A stretch of DNA of 64,000 bases from Klebsormidium nitens (Eukaryota > Plantae > Klebsormidiophyceae), in contig DF237011.1 in the NCBI GenBank assembly GCA_000708835.1, forward strand, positions 1 through 64,000, given 5' to 3'. The notes beneath the pieces are model-generated. The model saw nothing but the letters and a program-made list of their open reading frames with translations. It was not told where the DNA came from and did no database searches. Below are positions 1 to 20,200 of the stretch, in pieces. Each line of letters opens with the position of its first letter. Position 1 is the first letter of the stretch. The translations under genes were made by a program, and so were the position numbers.

Positions 1-1208
1 CGGTTTTACCAACTCTAAGGCCCGAGGCTTGGGGCCCTTTGCCTTAGGCTGGGCCGGAGGAGGGGGGGGGGGCTTGAGGCCTTGTGGGAAAGGGGCCTGT
101 AGAATACCTACCCCGCTGCCACTTCAAAATGACGGTACCCTTAAGCTTGGGCCTCCTCTCTTGCTCCGGAAAGGACGAATTGTAGCCGTCAATTTGTTGA
201 CGTTGACAAGATGGACGATGATGACAGCCTGGTCGCTTGTCCCCCAGCCATTTCGAGATTGTGCGTTCCGCCCGGTATAGGCTCCGGAATCCGCGCCCCT
301 CTCTACCTTAACCACCACGCCACCCCTAGCGTCCCCCGGGCGGAACACGTCAGGAGACGAGCCCCTTGGGACACAATGGAGTTGCTACGATCCATGCACG
401 CGGAACGTATTGTCGAATGACTGCTTCTAATCGACTCAATTCGGATGCACTGGCTCGACAATGTCGTCATTGCGGCGTGCGCCAAATCCGTTATTCCGCC
501 TACGTCATCGTGACACTCATCATCATTAGCAGCTTTTGCCACTAATCATCAGGTAAATCCAAATCATAGTAAATGCGATTTATCGTTGGGGCAGTAGGAG
601 ACTGTAGGACCGGACTCATGCTCGTCAATTTCCATGAAACTCAAGAAAAAATAATATAGTAAGCCCAGATAATTGTAAGGTAAGCGCACTGTGACGGGTA
701 GGGTTAGTATGGTGGTTAGGGTGGGTACGGGTGCGGAGCGGGTGTTTCACTTCAGGTTAGAGTTTTTAGTGTTAGTCGGAGCTTACTATTATCTTGGCTT
801 ACTATTATCTTTCTTATCTTATCTTCTTATTCAATTTCCGGGTTTGAAGTACGGTAGCTCGAGGTATGCATGTAAACGGCGCTGCAAATGGAGTTAAACA
901 ATCGATCAAATGGACGGTCATCCGTGAGCATTGGCAAATTAGTGGGGCAGCCGCACTGTCACTAGTGCCGCACATTTGAATCAGGCGCTAAAGTTGAACC
1001 ATATCGACGGCCGTGGATGTGGCGATTAAGGCAAGCTTATTCAAAGCCACACTAGAGAATCAGAACCAGAAATCGTCATGCATACCATTATGCACGTCCT
1101 TCTGGTCGTTGTGATGGAAGAATGACAACATTTTACAACGTTCACAGATACTTGGCTATGACAATCACGTGCCAGTGTAGCCTTGCTTTGCTCTCAGTAA
1201 GGAGGCAA

Positions 1209-8433
<7,225 letters not shown>

Positions 8434-10552
8434 TCAGGGGACACGTGTGTTGATGTGTGCGTTAAGAAGGAAAGATATGGTGCTAGAGATGGAATAGAAG
8501 CTATGCACTGGGGCACTGAAGCTTGCAGTTATCGTGGTGATGAACAGTCGGAATTGAGTAAGAAAAGTGGATGTTTATCTGAGTAAGAATTTGTTACTTT
8601 TGCAGAGAGCTAAGAGCAGTGCACAGAGATCTCACAACCAACACACTTCCAAGAGAACGGGCTAAACAATCTACAGATTCAGAAGATTCTTTATACAACT
8701 GAGGCTGACTACAGCTCAACAAGGAAAAGCTCTGATTGAGGGCAATGCGCTCTCTTTCTCTAATGGAGGGGGCTCCAGTCCCCTACGAGGAGAGGCTTTT
8801 CGCTCCACCCTACGCCCCTTCCCGACTCAATTCCTTTGCTCCGTTGAATCACTTGAGCCCCAATTCATTTTAAGCTACATCTAAACCCTGTTTGGTGCTC
8901 TTTAACACGCCCTGTTTCTTCCAAAGGGCGGCACAAATGAAGTTGCAAAAATCGTAGTGTCCTTGAATGCAGGTGGTGCTTCCTGAGAACTATCTACTCT
9001 AGTAGCGTGAAAGAAGTCCAGTCTGATGGCTCTTTTTAGTAAGTCTGCTCCCGTTGGTTCACACCCTAGCCATGCACATCGAACACGAGAGGATTTACCA
9101 ATTGCCACTTTCAATGATGCACGATGAGTTTTTTGAATTGATCGCGCAACAGATTCAACATGCAATGGGGTGCCCGCACAATGATGGAATAGTGATATCC
9201 TGATATCCTAAGCAAGGCAACTATTCAACGCCCCAGCCACAAACCCCTGGCATCAATTGTACCGCCGCTCTTCGAAACGTCCAACTGAACAATACTAAGA
9301 TGCATGCGAGTTTGAGACCAGACCGTCTTTTAAAACAGCGAACAACACACAGGACGCTGAGAATATTATGCAGGAGTCCCCTACTTTCTAGAAGAACCTT
9401 TAGCAAACTTGAAGAATATCAGTGTCTGAGGCCGCGGGAGTCACCTGCTGATGTCCTGCATCCCTTGCACTTTTTACCACCATGAGCCCTTTGGATTGCA
9501 GGAAGACTTTCGCCAGCAAACGTTGACGATCGCAATCTGTCCACTTTATACAAGCCTTTCAATTGCCGCCCAGACTGGGCCTTGACCAGGGAGGCTGTGG
9601 TTCTGTCGCTTTGTCGCAATTTGGACGGACTAAAGATTGGAGAAGGCAGATATCTGGCTAAGGATTGTTCTGTGCTTCGGTTGGTTGTAAAATGGGTGGA
9701 GGGTCCAATAACTTGGACAGAAGCCCCACAAACAGCCGCACGTGCCATGGCGCCTAACAATTGGTCTAGAATGTGACAAAAGCTCAATCAAAGTTGGCTC
9801 CTCCAAAATCTGCCTCGGGGTCTGATAGAAAGAGTGGTGCACCTAGCAATCAACCAATGTCTTGAGGACAAGCACTATAAGCTACAACAGCGTTTTCAAC
9901 TGGTGCCTCCAGATGCTGGATGACTCGCTCAGACGGCAGCTGCGCCGGCGCCGTTCCTGCAGCAATTCGTCTGTAGTCAAAAGCATAAGCCGCAGTCGCT
10001 TTGCCAAAGGCTGTTTCAACAACACTCTGCTGGCCAGCCTCCCTCAGCAAAGTTTTCTGCTATAGAGCGCTGCAATTCCAAGAATGACAACCAAACGATG
10101 AATCATGAAGTGCTGTTGCAGTGTTGGCTTGGTCCAAAAGCACTTTTCCCTCCGGTGGCAGAAGCAAGGGCCTGATTCTTCAGTCTTTCGAGAGCCTTCG
10201 AAAATCCTCCGTCGAACTGTTTGCGCCGAGGAAGAACCCCCAAATGCTTCGACTTCGTTTTTGAGAAGGAACTTCAGTATACGTAGAACAGGCTCCCTGG
10301 AAGAAGGCTCTTCTGCTGGCGGTCACGCCACCCCTGCGAACGTGGCATCTTCTGCGGCGTCCAGCAGATGGTTCCTTCCTTTCTAAGACTTCTCTTTCAT
10401 TCTTTCTGAACAGCTTCCTCCAGCTTCCTTTCGAAATTCTGCTGTCGTTTCCCCAGCGCCCAGCGCCCTTCCAGACAACAGCATTACTTTACTTGGCTTC
10501 CTATCTGGTCTTGTTTTCCTGGAGTCCGCTCCTGCAGCTGCGCAGCCGATCG

Positions 10553-11389
10553 ATGCATCCCCCCCTGGCATTGCACAAGCACCCGGCCTGCAAGGCGCAG
10601 ATCCTGGCCCTGCAAGTGTGCCACTCAGAGCACCCGCTTGCCAAGTTTGTGGGGGTCTGCAATGAGGCCAAGTATGCACTGGACAAATGCTTCAGAGAGG
10701 AGGTGCACCGCCACCTTCTTAATTGATCGCCTGTGATTGGATTTTGCAGAAAGATTGGCCAACAACCTTGGGCCTGTTTGTGCGCTCAGTGTTTAAGATG
10801 CTTTGGACAGAACCACAGAAGGGCAAGGAAAGTAATGTCGGTGGTGGTAGAAACCAAACTTTCAGAATGAGAGGAACATAAGCTTAACTACTTTGGACAG
10901 AACAACAGAAGGGCAAGGAAAGTAATGAAGGTGGTGGTAGAAACCAAATTTTCGGATGAGAGGAACATAAGATTAGGAACATCCGTTTTGCGGGTGAACC
11001 AATACTGTTGTTGCCTTTTATAACAGTCTCTTCGAGCAATGCTGTATACAGGTTTTCTTTAGCTGGTGAAGGGGACATCTATGATGTGATCAGGTTAATT
11101 ACACATACAGATGCTAGAAGTAGACTAGTTTCTTAGCATTGGCTAGATTTCCCTGTTCCCGGTCCACTACTCGAGCTCTGTGACGTCGAACTTGTAAACA
11201 AGATCTCAAATTCTGGTTCCTGCAGGGTGAGATCTGTACATCTTCCTAGCTCACTTCCGATTGTGTGCCTTGCAGAAGCGAGTGAACAGTGCTAAGAACA
11301 GGGAAGAAAGCAAGCGCTTTCAAGAGCGACTTCAGAAGCGACGGGAAGAAGCAAGGCTAGAGAAGAATAGCGTCACTGCCAGTGGCTGA
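10553..11389 (+). CDS. CMC2: COX assembly mitochondrial protein 2-like (Cmc1/CMC2 family, twin CX9C), 87 aa
   Basis: Exons 10553-10702 and 11276-11389. MHPPLALHKHPACKAQILALQVCHSEHPLAKFVGVCNEAKYALDKCFREE/KRVNSAKNREESKRFQERL. The MHP start and two CX9C motifs are typical of the family. Confidence 0.9.
10801..10972. repeat. Two-copy 90-bp tandem duplication in the CMC2 intron
   Basis: ctttggacagaac.acagaagggcaaggaaagtaatg..ggtggtggtagaaaccaaa.ttt starts at 10801 and at 10891. Confidence 0.9.
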
Positions 11390-11685
11390 CCATTGGCCCT
11401 TTAGGGCCACGGGAACCTGAGCCTCCCGCTATCGAACGCCGCAGCGTCTCTTCTAAAACTCGTTCGCGACAAAGCTTCTGACAGCGACTGACAGCGACTG
11501 CTTAACAAGAAGCAACTAGGAAACCTTGCGACGTCGCTTGAAGAACAAGCGACGTTGGTTCTGGTTGGGGAAGCGGTGTCTGTGTTTGAACAGAGTGTCG
11601 TTGAACAGTGATTCAATCTTAGCCTGCGGGTGTAGCACCAACGGTAAGGCTTCGGCTTTCAAATGAACGCAAGCGTACTCTGAGC

Positions 11686-14462
11686 ATGGCTACGGAACCA
11701 AAGGAGAGGGTGGGGCGGCCGCGCATTTTGCTGGGGGCAAGCGGAAGTGTTGCAGCAATCAAGGTGAGTGGGTATCCCTGCATTTGCAAAGGAGCAGATG
11801 TCTTTTTGGTTTACAAGGGGGGTGGGTTAGAGTGCCCTCACTAGGTGGCGTTCAAACAGTTTCGGGATGTACATCAAAGGTACATCCGAACCTGAAGACC
11901 ATGCCCTTTCGTAAGCCCTTCCAGAGTGGACACTGATTTGGCACGAGCTGATGCAATTATTCACCACTAGCCTTGACATACAAGTGGTTGCTACAATGTT
12001 GAAAGTTGCCATCTCCGACGCGCAAAGCCAAAATGTCATTATGGAACCTACAAAGCAATCTAGGGCGCTCTTCAAAGCAATCTACGGAGAGCGCCGATAC
12101 TTACACCGGTTTGCATTCCAGGTCGTTGAAGCGGGATCTAGACGCTGTGTGTCAATCTTCTGAGCTAGCCAGGCCCCAACTTAGCGCGGCAGTAATCACA
12201 AATACTGGAGTTGAGGGCGACTATTCCTAACACGAATCGTTTGCCTCAAACGTCACAGAGCTTCTGAGTTACGTGGGAGAGTTGCGGGGCGATTTTTGGG
12301 GATTGGTTGAGTCTAGAGTCTGTTACGAGTACTTCAAGCCCCCTTGGAAACGATCATCGTATTGACGGTTCAGATCCTTGTTCCGACCATTATGAACTGT
12401 CAATATCAAGATTGCACCCAACAAGACTCGGCAATCCTCATTTCCTGAGATTTACCGCGATTTGTTCGTGGCTTTGTTTCATTAAAAGGATGCTCGGTTG
12501 ATTCACGGGCAAGCGGTAAAGTCGAAGCTCGATTATCGCGATCCTTTGAAATGCACAGCAATCAGACTCGACGTTTCTTTAGAGGTGAACACTAAAGCGG
12601 TATTCTGATCGAACCTCCTGTCTCCGGTTTTGGGTGGTTTCGACCTTTTTGGAGTAGAGGGCACCCGGGGTCTTCGAAGGCAGGACACAAGTATAATGCT
12701 CACTCGGTTTATCAGCAAAACGATTGATCAGGCACATCTCAGCTCAGCACTTCCCTCCATTCTCTACAGTTGCACATTATTACAGCGGAGCTGGTCGAGA
12801 AGGCTGACGTCAGGATCGTGCTCACAAAGGCTGCACTTCACTTCGTGAAGAGAGAGGATCTGCCGTCGGGGGTGCCTATTTACACCGACGAGGACGAGTG
12901 GGCGACGTGGAGTAAAATTGGAGACGAGTAAGTCCCTTCATTGTGTATACTCTCAATTGATATCTGCTTCGTTTTGGGAAGTATGGCTTGCGGCCAACTA
13001 CATTTCGAAGACACGTCATTGTTCTTCTTGGGTCGCCTCCTCGCTTCCATGGAACCGTTCCTTTTTAAGATGAGTAAATTTGAGAGCGTCAGCCACTGGC
13101 GAATGAATGAGAAGCTTTGGGGGGGCGTAGAGACTAGCCGCAAAAATCATCATTTTACATTGAGCAGACTCGTCGAGGTGTTTTGTGTCTTGTTTGTATG
13201 CACTCGGCTCATTGCCTCCGTGTTTCTGAGTTGTGAGTCGCTTGCTCAATCAGCACTCCTAACATCTAGTAGCGAAACGCAACTCTCAGCGCAGAAGCAG
13301 TACAAAAACAAATGAACTCGTTACTTGGGTTTTAAGGGTCGGGCCCAGCACTCCAGCTGTTTTTGCTTCTCCTCTGAGATCTGCGCCAGTTGATGTCTTG
13401 TACGCATCGGTTCACGTCGGCAATATCTCAGCAGAGTAGAAGTTAATTTGCTTACAAGCAAGAATGGAAGAACGAAGGAATCAATGAGAAGACGCCGCTT
13501 CGTTACCGTCTGCATTTCGTTTCGACCTCCAGGTCGTCTGGAATGCGGCTATTGAAGAGTAGTGGAGAGTATGCGAAAGTTGCTGTAAAGTTGCGGCTTC
13601 CAATCAAATACCTGTTTTCGCAGCGTCCTCCATATCGAGCTCCGCAAGTGGGCGGACGTTCTTCTGATTGCGCCCCTGTCAGCAAACACGCTCGCCAAGA
13701 TTGCCGGCGGCCTGTGTGACAACCTGCTGACGTCAGTTGTGCGGGCGTGGGACTTCTCGAAGCCATTCCTAGGTGGGATTCCTTCTTCACGATTTTGCTG
13801 TTGGGCTTTCGTTTGGTAGAGGGGTGCCGTCCAAATTATACATTTTGCGCCCGCGGGCCTTTAGTGCATCAGAATATTAAGGACATGCTACCTCTTTTGA
13901 TTTCGTTACGTTTATATTGGTCGGTTCAGAAGTAATGAGAGTAAGAGTGGAATAGCAGCCTGGTATTCTCCCCAGATTCAGATTGGCACAAATCTGAGAG
14001 CTCTTGGTGCAGCAAATGCAGCGAGAGTTTTTTTCTTGCGACTTCTGGCTGTGCGCAAGATTTTTCACTCTGAGGTGTTTTTGCCATTTTGCGGATGCGA
14101 GTCGTACTTCTGTATCTTCTGTCTATCGGCGCTCTTTGTTTCCTTATCTGCCCCTGGTTTTTGTAACTCTTTTTGTAACTCTGACGCAAACGGAAGAATC
14201 TTTTCATGGGAAGACTGACCAAAGCGTCCGGTGATTGCCTCTTTGCATCTCGAGAACTTCACCGTTGCTTCTTGCAGTTGCTCCCGCGATGAACACGCAC
14301 ATGTGGGACAGCCCCTTCACCGGTCGGCACCTCAAAGAACTAGACACATTAGGCGTCAGGTTGATTGAGCCAGTCTCTAAAAAGTTGGCATGTGGAGATG
14401 TTGGTAATGGAGCAATGGCAGAACCGTCAAAAATTGTCGAAGCCGTCTGGTTGGTGTCGTGA
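11686..14462 (+). CDS. HAL3: Phosphopantothenoylcysteine decarboxylase (HAL3/PPCDC flavoprotein), 189 aa
   Basis: Exons 11686-11763, 12770-12927, 13624-13772 and 14278-14462 (570 nt). Motifs ILLGASGSVAAIK, YTDEDEW, VLHIELRKWAD, APLSANTLAKIAGGLCDNLLT, APAMNTHMW, KKLACGDVGNGAMAEP. Confidence 0.95.
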
Positions 14463-15631
14463 GATTGCGCTACTTCTTCCTTGGAAGGGTTTGATGTGAC
14501 AGCCAGTAAGCCGGTATCAGTGTTGTAAACATACTGCGAACCTCCCTAGTAACTTGAACTCTTCAGGCCATGTGCTTGGTGTATTCTTCTTCCCACTCCT
14601 AGCTGGCAATTGTCACTTACAAGTAACTACGGAGCCAAAGGCTTTCAGTATCGCAAATTAAAGTTTGCGAATATGGTCAAGCATGAAATTTCACACTGAT
14701 CGAGCCAACCTAGCAACATAGCCACCTTCTGTATACCGTTTACAAGCAATTGGTTGTCCGCCTGGGCCCTCTGCGTTCCACGTGTATGATTAGTGTTTCA
14801 AATTTACTAAGTTAGCCGAGCTAGTTCTTCACGCCGCGCGCACATCATGATTTTGTAGGTGCGCGTGGGGACTTGATTATAGGCATATACATAATTAGTT
14901 CAATTACGTTGGAGAATTGTTGCGTACTGCACGTAACCAATTATATCCGATCATCACATGCAACTCATGCCTGTATACGCAAGGAATCCTCTTCAGACTC
15001 AGGCGCGGGAGACGGTGCGGCTCATCATGCACGCATAAACCGAATGAAGTTCTTGCCTGCATGCGTACGCGGTCTTCATTCCATTTTACTTGACATCATG
15101 CGCCTCACAATCATTGAATGCCGATGTCACACTACTTCATGCAACCTTGTAGTGACTAGCCGGCCGCGGCGGCTGTAGGCGGCCAACAACCAAATCTTGT
15201 ATTGATAAGTTCAAGCTTGCCAGGCCAAAGACTAGGCCAAGCAGGTATACATCATAATGTTATTGTTAAAGCAGTTGACTTGTGTCTCGTAACGACAACC
15301 CCCCAAACTGCGTGTGATTCTTATAGTAGCACTGGTCTAACTTATGGTGACATACATCGATGATTTACACGCAGATGTGTATGAAGCAGCTAAAGTGGTG
15401 CGTGTATGCAGAGCAATGCACAATGAGAACTCAAAGGTATCCGACATTGAAAACGTACTCGTAGAGCTAGTCTTACTTGCAACTCGCAATGACAGTCGTT
15501 CAGAACTCCCGCAACCGCTAGTAGCATCCAGATAGGTGTCAACCAGTGACTTCTCAAGTTATGCAAATTCTTGTCTTCAAGGCTGTTCTTGGTTACCAAA
15601 GATCCTAGGGTCTTTGACGGGTTGCATCTGA

Positions 15632-16348
15632 TCAATCATGCAAAGACTGATCATTCTCACGGCTTCTAGCTGCACGAGCCCGAGCAGCCCAACAATCTCG
15701 ACAAGTATGCTTCAGACCGTCTAAGCTTGCTCTAGCAGCGTAAAATTCCGATGCTGGTTTTCGTGTGCGGCAAGTGCGACAAACCTTGCTTTGCACATGA
15801 AGCACATCCTGTGCCGTTCTCCTGGCCATATACTCCTTATTCCACTTTGAATGACATGACTTGCATCGGCTTCGCCGCCCGGTCCGGTTCCGAGTGCAGA
15901 TGTCAAAGCTGCTTGCCGGTTTGACCTCACCGCAAGAGATGCACCCCTTGGGGGTGTCGGTGGGTGGGAATGCCGGCTTCTTGCTACATTCCAAGCTGTC
16001 GCAACTGCGGCAGATTCCACGAGGTTTCTTTACACGCCATGCAAAGTCTCGCAGCTCCTTCACGAGGCCACACCTATAGCACTTCTTTGCATGCTGCTGC
16101 GCTTGCTCTGGGCTCATTGCCAGATGGTGAAGGGCACCCCCCCTCTTCTTAGCGCGGAGTGCCGCCAGGCATGCCCGACACGCATCTGTGCTCAGACCTG
16201 GAAGCCTGCGGATGCTCTCAAAGTCGACGAGCAGCTTGGATTGTTCACACAGTATGCAGGCTTTTGTGGCAGAGGAGGTTTGTTGGAGCGATGTTTGGGG
16301 TAACAAGATCTCCCCTGCCTCCGCCGCTTCCTCTGCTCTGCACATCAA
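15632..16348 (-). CDS. Intronless ORF with four K-x-C-x2-C-x3-K-x4-F-x(9-12)-C-x2-C zinc-ribbon repeats (Stc1-like / phage-type motif); start uncertain (ATG at 16345)
   Basis: 238-aa ORF with the repeats KACILCEQSK..F..CRAC, KKCYRCGLVK..F..CRSC, KGCISCGEVKPASSF..CKSC and KVCRTCRTRKPASEF..DGLKHTCRDC. Confidence 0.75.
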   Translation of the reverse strand: MMCRAEEAAEAGEILLPQTSLQQTSSATKACILCEQSKLLVDFESIRRLPGLSTDACRACLAALRAKKRGGALHHLAMSPEQAQQHAKKCYRCGLVKELRDFAWRVKKPRGICRSCDSLECSKKPAFPPTDTPKGCISCGEVKPASSFDICTRNRTGRRSRCKSCHSKWNKEYMARRTAQDVLHVQSKVCRTCRTRKPASEFYAARASLDGLKHTCRDCWAARARAARSRENDQSLHD

Positions 16349-17220
16349 GCGCTGCTCGCTCTCTTTGCATCAAAATGCTGCTTTGTTGTTTGAAGGGCAG
16401 ATACACTGTGTTTAAGAGACCCATTGGAAAAGCTCGTATCCTGCTGGAAGAACAACTGGTGGTGGGCGCTGGGTAAATGAGTGGCTCGACTGGCAGTTCT
16501 CGTCTGGGCGCCCCCAAACTCTGCATCCTTGCTTGTGAAACCTCTGACAGCAAGACGCGCAAAATCTGCATAAGCTCCTCTGACAAAGACATTCCCATCT
16601 GCACCGTACTTGGCAGTTTGTGGCGCCACGAAAGCGGAGGCCCTACATTGTGACCTGCTGCTGAGTGCCATGGATTGACGGTGCCAGTAACAAGCTGGTA
16701 ATTAGCTGCCAAAAAATGGTAAGCCTCTTCAGCTTGGCAGGATTCCCTCCTCAAGCTTCCGTCACCGCCACGGAAGACCTGTAAAGACAAGCTGTTGCAA
16801 CATTGTCATGAGGAATGTTCAATGATGTTCAAGGAGGAAACTTTCCTTGAAGGCCCCGGGCCGGGGATCCCCATACTAAACTACGCGCACTGATCATGTT
16901 CGTTCCGCGCGCCAATTTCACTACAAACCCGCTAACCTTGTCTGCCCCTTGTTACAAACCACGGAACTCTTATACAGTTTTTGAACTTCCGCCAGCGAAG
17001 GTCACCGGAACCGCGGATGTTGATGCCCCACACTTTCTGAGCAGAATTCATGCAATGCTGGCCGATTGCAGGCTGTCCAGATTATCTTGAACAGTTCAGT
17101 AGGCGCTAGCAAAGCACGAGGTCCTGAGCATTTTCGAGTGAATGCTCATTTTGCGTTGCAGTTCGTTTGGAGAAGCCCTCCAGCCTCTAGTTGACAGTGC
17201 GACGAGCAGGGTTGTGAAAG

Positions 17221-20200
17221 ATGGGGGGCAGAGCATTCCGGTTCTTGCCCAGTGAGGTGCGGCCGATCTTATCTCTGATTGGTGGTGCATTCTGATCCGG
17301 TGCCTAAGCGTTTGCAAGACAGAAAATATATGTTTGCTCGCTTGCAACCTGTTGCCTTCATCAGTCAGGTTCATTTAAATTGTTCTGGTGGGCCTCGGCG
17401 TTCAATGAAAGTCAGCGGTGCATTTGTCTGCCTTGCTCGCTAACCGCTAACCGCTAACCGCTAACCACTAATTGAAAGCTGTCAGAAGCATTCCAGATTC
17501 TCTATGGCATGTTGTCGGCCAAGCGGCTTGCTAACTTGTTCTCAATCTGTTCTTGGCAAACTACTTCTTGCTTCGTTGCTTACAAGAGGCTTCTGTTGTT
17601 TTCTTGAAATGTACCTTGAAAGATCTCCTGCACACTCCAATCGTAGTGCAAAAAATGTGAACTGCTTGGCGAGTAACAAAGATTGCTGACTGGCAGGTGG
17701 ATTTCTTGCTGGGGGAACTAGAGAAGCATGGCAAGACCCCACCCCAGCACATCTTGGAAGAGTACACAGTCCAGCTAAAGTAAGCTACTCTTTGATGTGC
17801 TCTGTGGTTGCAAGTCAGACACAGGGTGTAGAGAACAGTTGTGGATCTTTCGTGTATGCACATCGCTGATTAACTTGAGGGCGCGTATACTGAGCATCTG
17901 TCCTTTAAGCCCCTTCGGAACCTGAAGTGCCCATATCAGCGGTGACCCTTCTGAACCAGAAGGACAAACGACGTTGCCTCCTTTCCACCTTACATAACTC
18001 CCCGCTATCATCTTTGCTTGCAACCTTCATCACAACTCGAAGCCTAACACACTCAATTGGAGAAAAGACGACTGATGTCTGTGGTAATGAAATGCCTCGT
18101 ATCATGTTGGATAGTTAGCAGACGTTTCCTTGCCTGCTCACATTGATCAAGGCCAGCAAGCAATGCCACTTTCAGGCAGTGGGCCTGAGATCTGTAGCGT
18201 TGGAAAAGTATCTTGTTTTGAATGTCCACGTTTCAACCATCTTACACCCATCCAAGCTCTGAGGGCACACATTCCACGACGATGACTCTGGCCTGTGGGT
18301 CTTGAGTTTGTTAGAATTGACTGCAGTTGTCTCCTTTGGCTATCTCTCTTTCTCTTCAAAGTGTTGGCCGACCTGGGTTGCTCCTTCATCCAAACACTTT
18401 TCAGATTCAAGCATTTACTTCTTTACTTCAGCGGTTCTCAAATGGGGGGTCTGTCTCTGAAGTGTCCTCTCTTTTGTCCTCCGCTATGTATTCAGTACAA
18501 TCACAAAAGTGCCTTTCTTAGGCTCGCAACACGCCCCTCACCACTCTAGTTCTCCCGCCCGCAGTGCTGACCCCCAACGCCAGGCGGAGCCCATTGTCTC
18601 GAAGCAATTATGGAACTGGTTCCAAAATCGTCGCCACCACTTCCGAAAAGTTGCTGGCACGGTTAGCCCCCACAAGTTAACCAAACCTGCTGCAAACCGC
18701 GATTCTCCAGCGCCGGAACCAGCCAGGCAAACAGCGCCGCAGCCGCCGCAGCCAAGCCCCCTTGGTAAGCTCCAAGAACGGGTTAAGGATTTCTAGAACC
18801 TGTTTTGATTGAGTTAATATGGAGGTTCACCAACAAGGGGTTTGCTTTCTGATTGCGAGAGGCGCCGCGAGCGGCCCCACCCAAGCCCCCTTGGTTAGCT
18901 CCAAGAACGACTTAAGGGTTTCTCAAACCATATTTAGTTGGGTTACAATGGACGTTCACCGACCAGAGGTTTGCTAACCCAAATCTGCAGCCGCCTCAGC
19001 CAAGCCCCCTTGGTAAGCTCTAAGAACGGGTTACGGAATCTTAGAACCCCGTTTTAGCCGGGTTGTTATGGAGGTTCAACGACCAGGGGTTTCTTAACCC
19101 GATTCCAATTGCCTCAGCCAAGCCCCCTTGGTAAGCTCTAAGAACGAGTTAAAGGTTTTCTAGAACCTTCTTTTCGTTTGGTTATCATGGTAGTTCAGCG
19201 ACCAGGGGTTTGCTGACCCGATCCCGTGCTGAGCCGCAGCCGCCGCAGCCAAGCCTTCTTGTAGCTCTGAGAACGGGTTAAGGGGTTCCTGAGCCTTGTT
19301 TTAGTTGGGTTAACACGGAGGTTCACCGATCAGGGTTTCTTAACCCGATTCTGAGCAGCGCCGCAGCCGCCGGAGTCAAGCCCCCTGGATAAGATCCAAG
19401 AACGACCCAGGGTTTTTTGAACTTTTGTTTGAGTCCGGTTATTATGGAGGTTTACCGACCAGGGGTTTGCTAACCTGACCAGCGCCGCAACGGCCTCACT
19501 CAAGCCCCCTTGGTAAGCATTGAAGACGGTTTGAGGGTTTCTTGAACTTTGTTTATCCGGGTTGATATGGAGGTTCATCAACCAGGGTCTCTTAATCCGA
19601 CTTTGAGCAGCGCCGTAACGGCCTCACCCAAGCCCCCTTGGTAAGTATAAGTCGGTTTAAGGATTTCTTGTTTTTCATTTCAATTGGCTCGTAAAGGAAG
19701 TTCCACGACTAGGGGTTTGTTAACCAGGTTTTGAAAGATGAACTGAAACAAAAAGCTAATAAACGTATAAATGCTAGGGCCAGGTTTTGTTTCGCTGTAC
19801 GTTGTTGCGTAGGCAAAGCCCGTCTAGAGCTTTCCCGTCGGGGTTTGCTTGGCTACATTTTCATCTGAAAAATGAGCGGGTTTTGTACTGAAGAAGCTGT
19901 ATTAATTATGGTTTATGGACCTCAAAGCGATGGGGTTCAGAATTAGTTGTCTGGTTACTTGCTCTTTCCTCGCTTGAATTGCTCAAAACACTCCAATCAT
20001 ACGGTTTTGTTGCATTAGATCCCTGTTAATGAATTCTGGTTGCGACTCTTGACTACCTGCTAAGACTTAAGCCATACCACTTCCGGTACCTGCCATCAAG
20101 TGGGAAAAGATACAGCCCTCATGCGTTCTGATGAACGCAGTCGGGTATTCAATAATTGCCGGACCCAAATCTGGGTTCGTTCCTGCTTGTCTGCGTGCGA

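Noticed and set aside
124-348. GC-rich minus-strand ORF with a DSGA word (retroviral protease-like)
   Set aside because: No hydrophobic residues before the DSG, no downstream protease, RT or integrase motifs; truncated by the window edge and unassignable.
9850-10386. Possible small plus-strand gene upstream of CMC2
   Set aside because: Short ORFs with no recognisable domain and no consistent exon chain.
15344-15535. YIDDL motif suggesting a reverse transcriptase
   Set aside because: 63-aa ORF with no other RT motifs around it; likely chance.
16245-16790. 181-aa ORF as the N-terminus of the zinc-ribbon protein
   Set aside because: Different frame, no convincing intron to join them, no recognisable domain.
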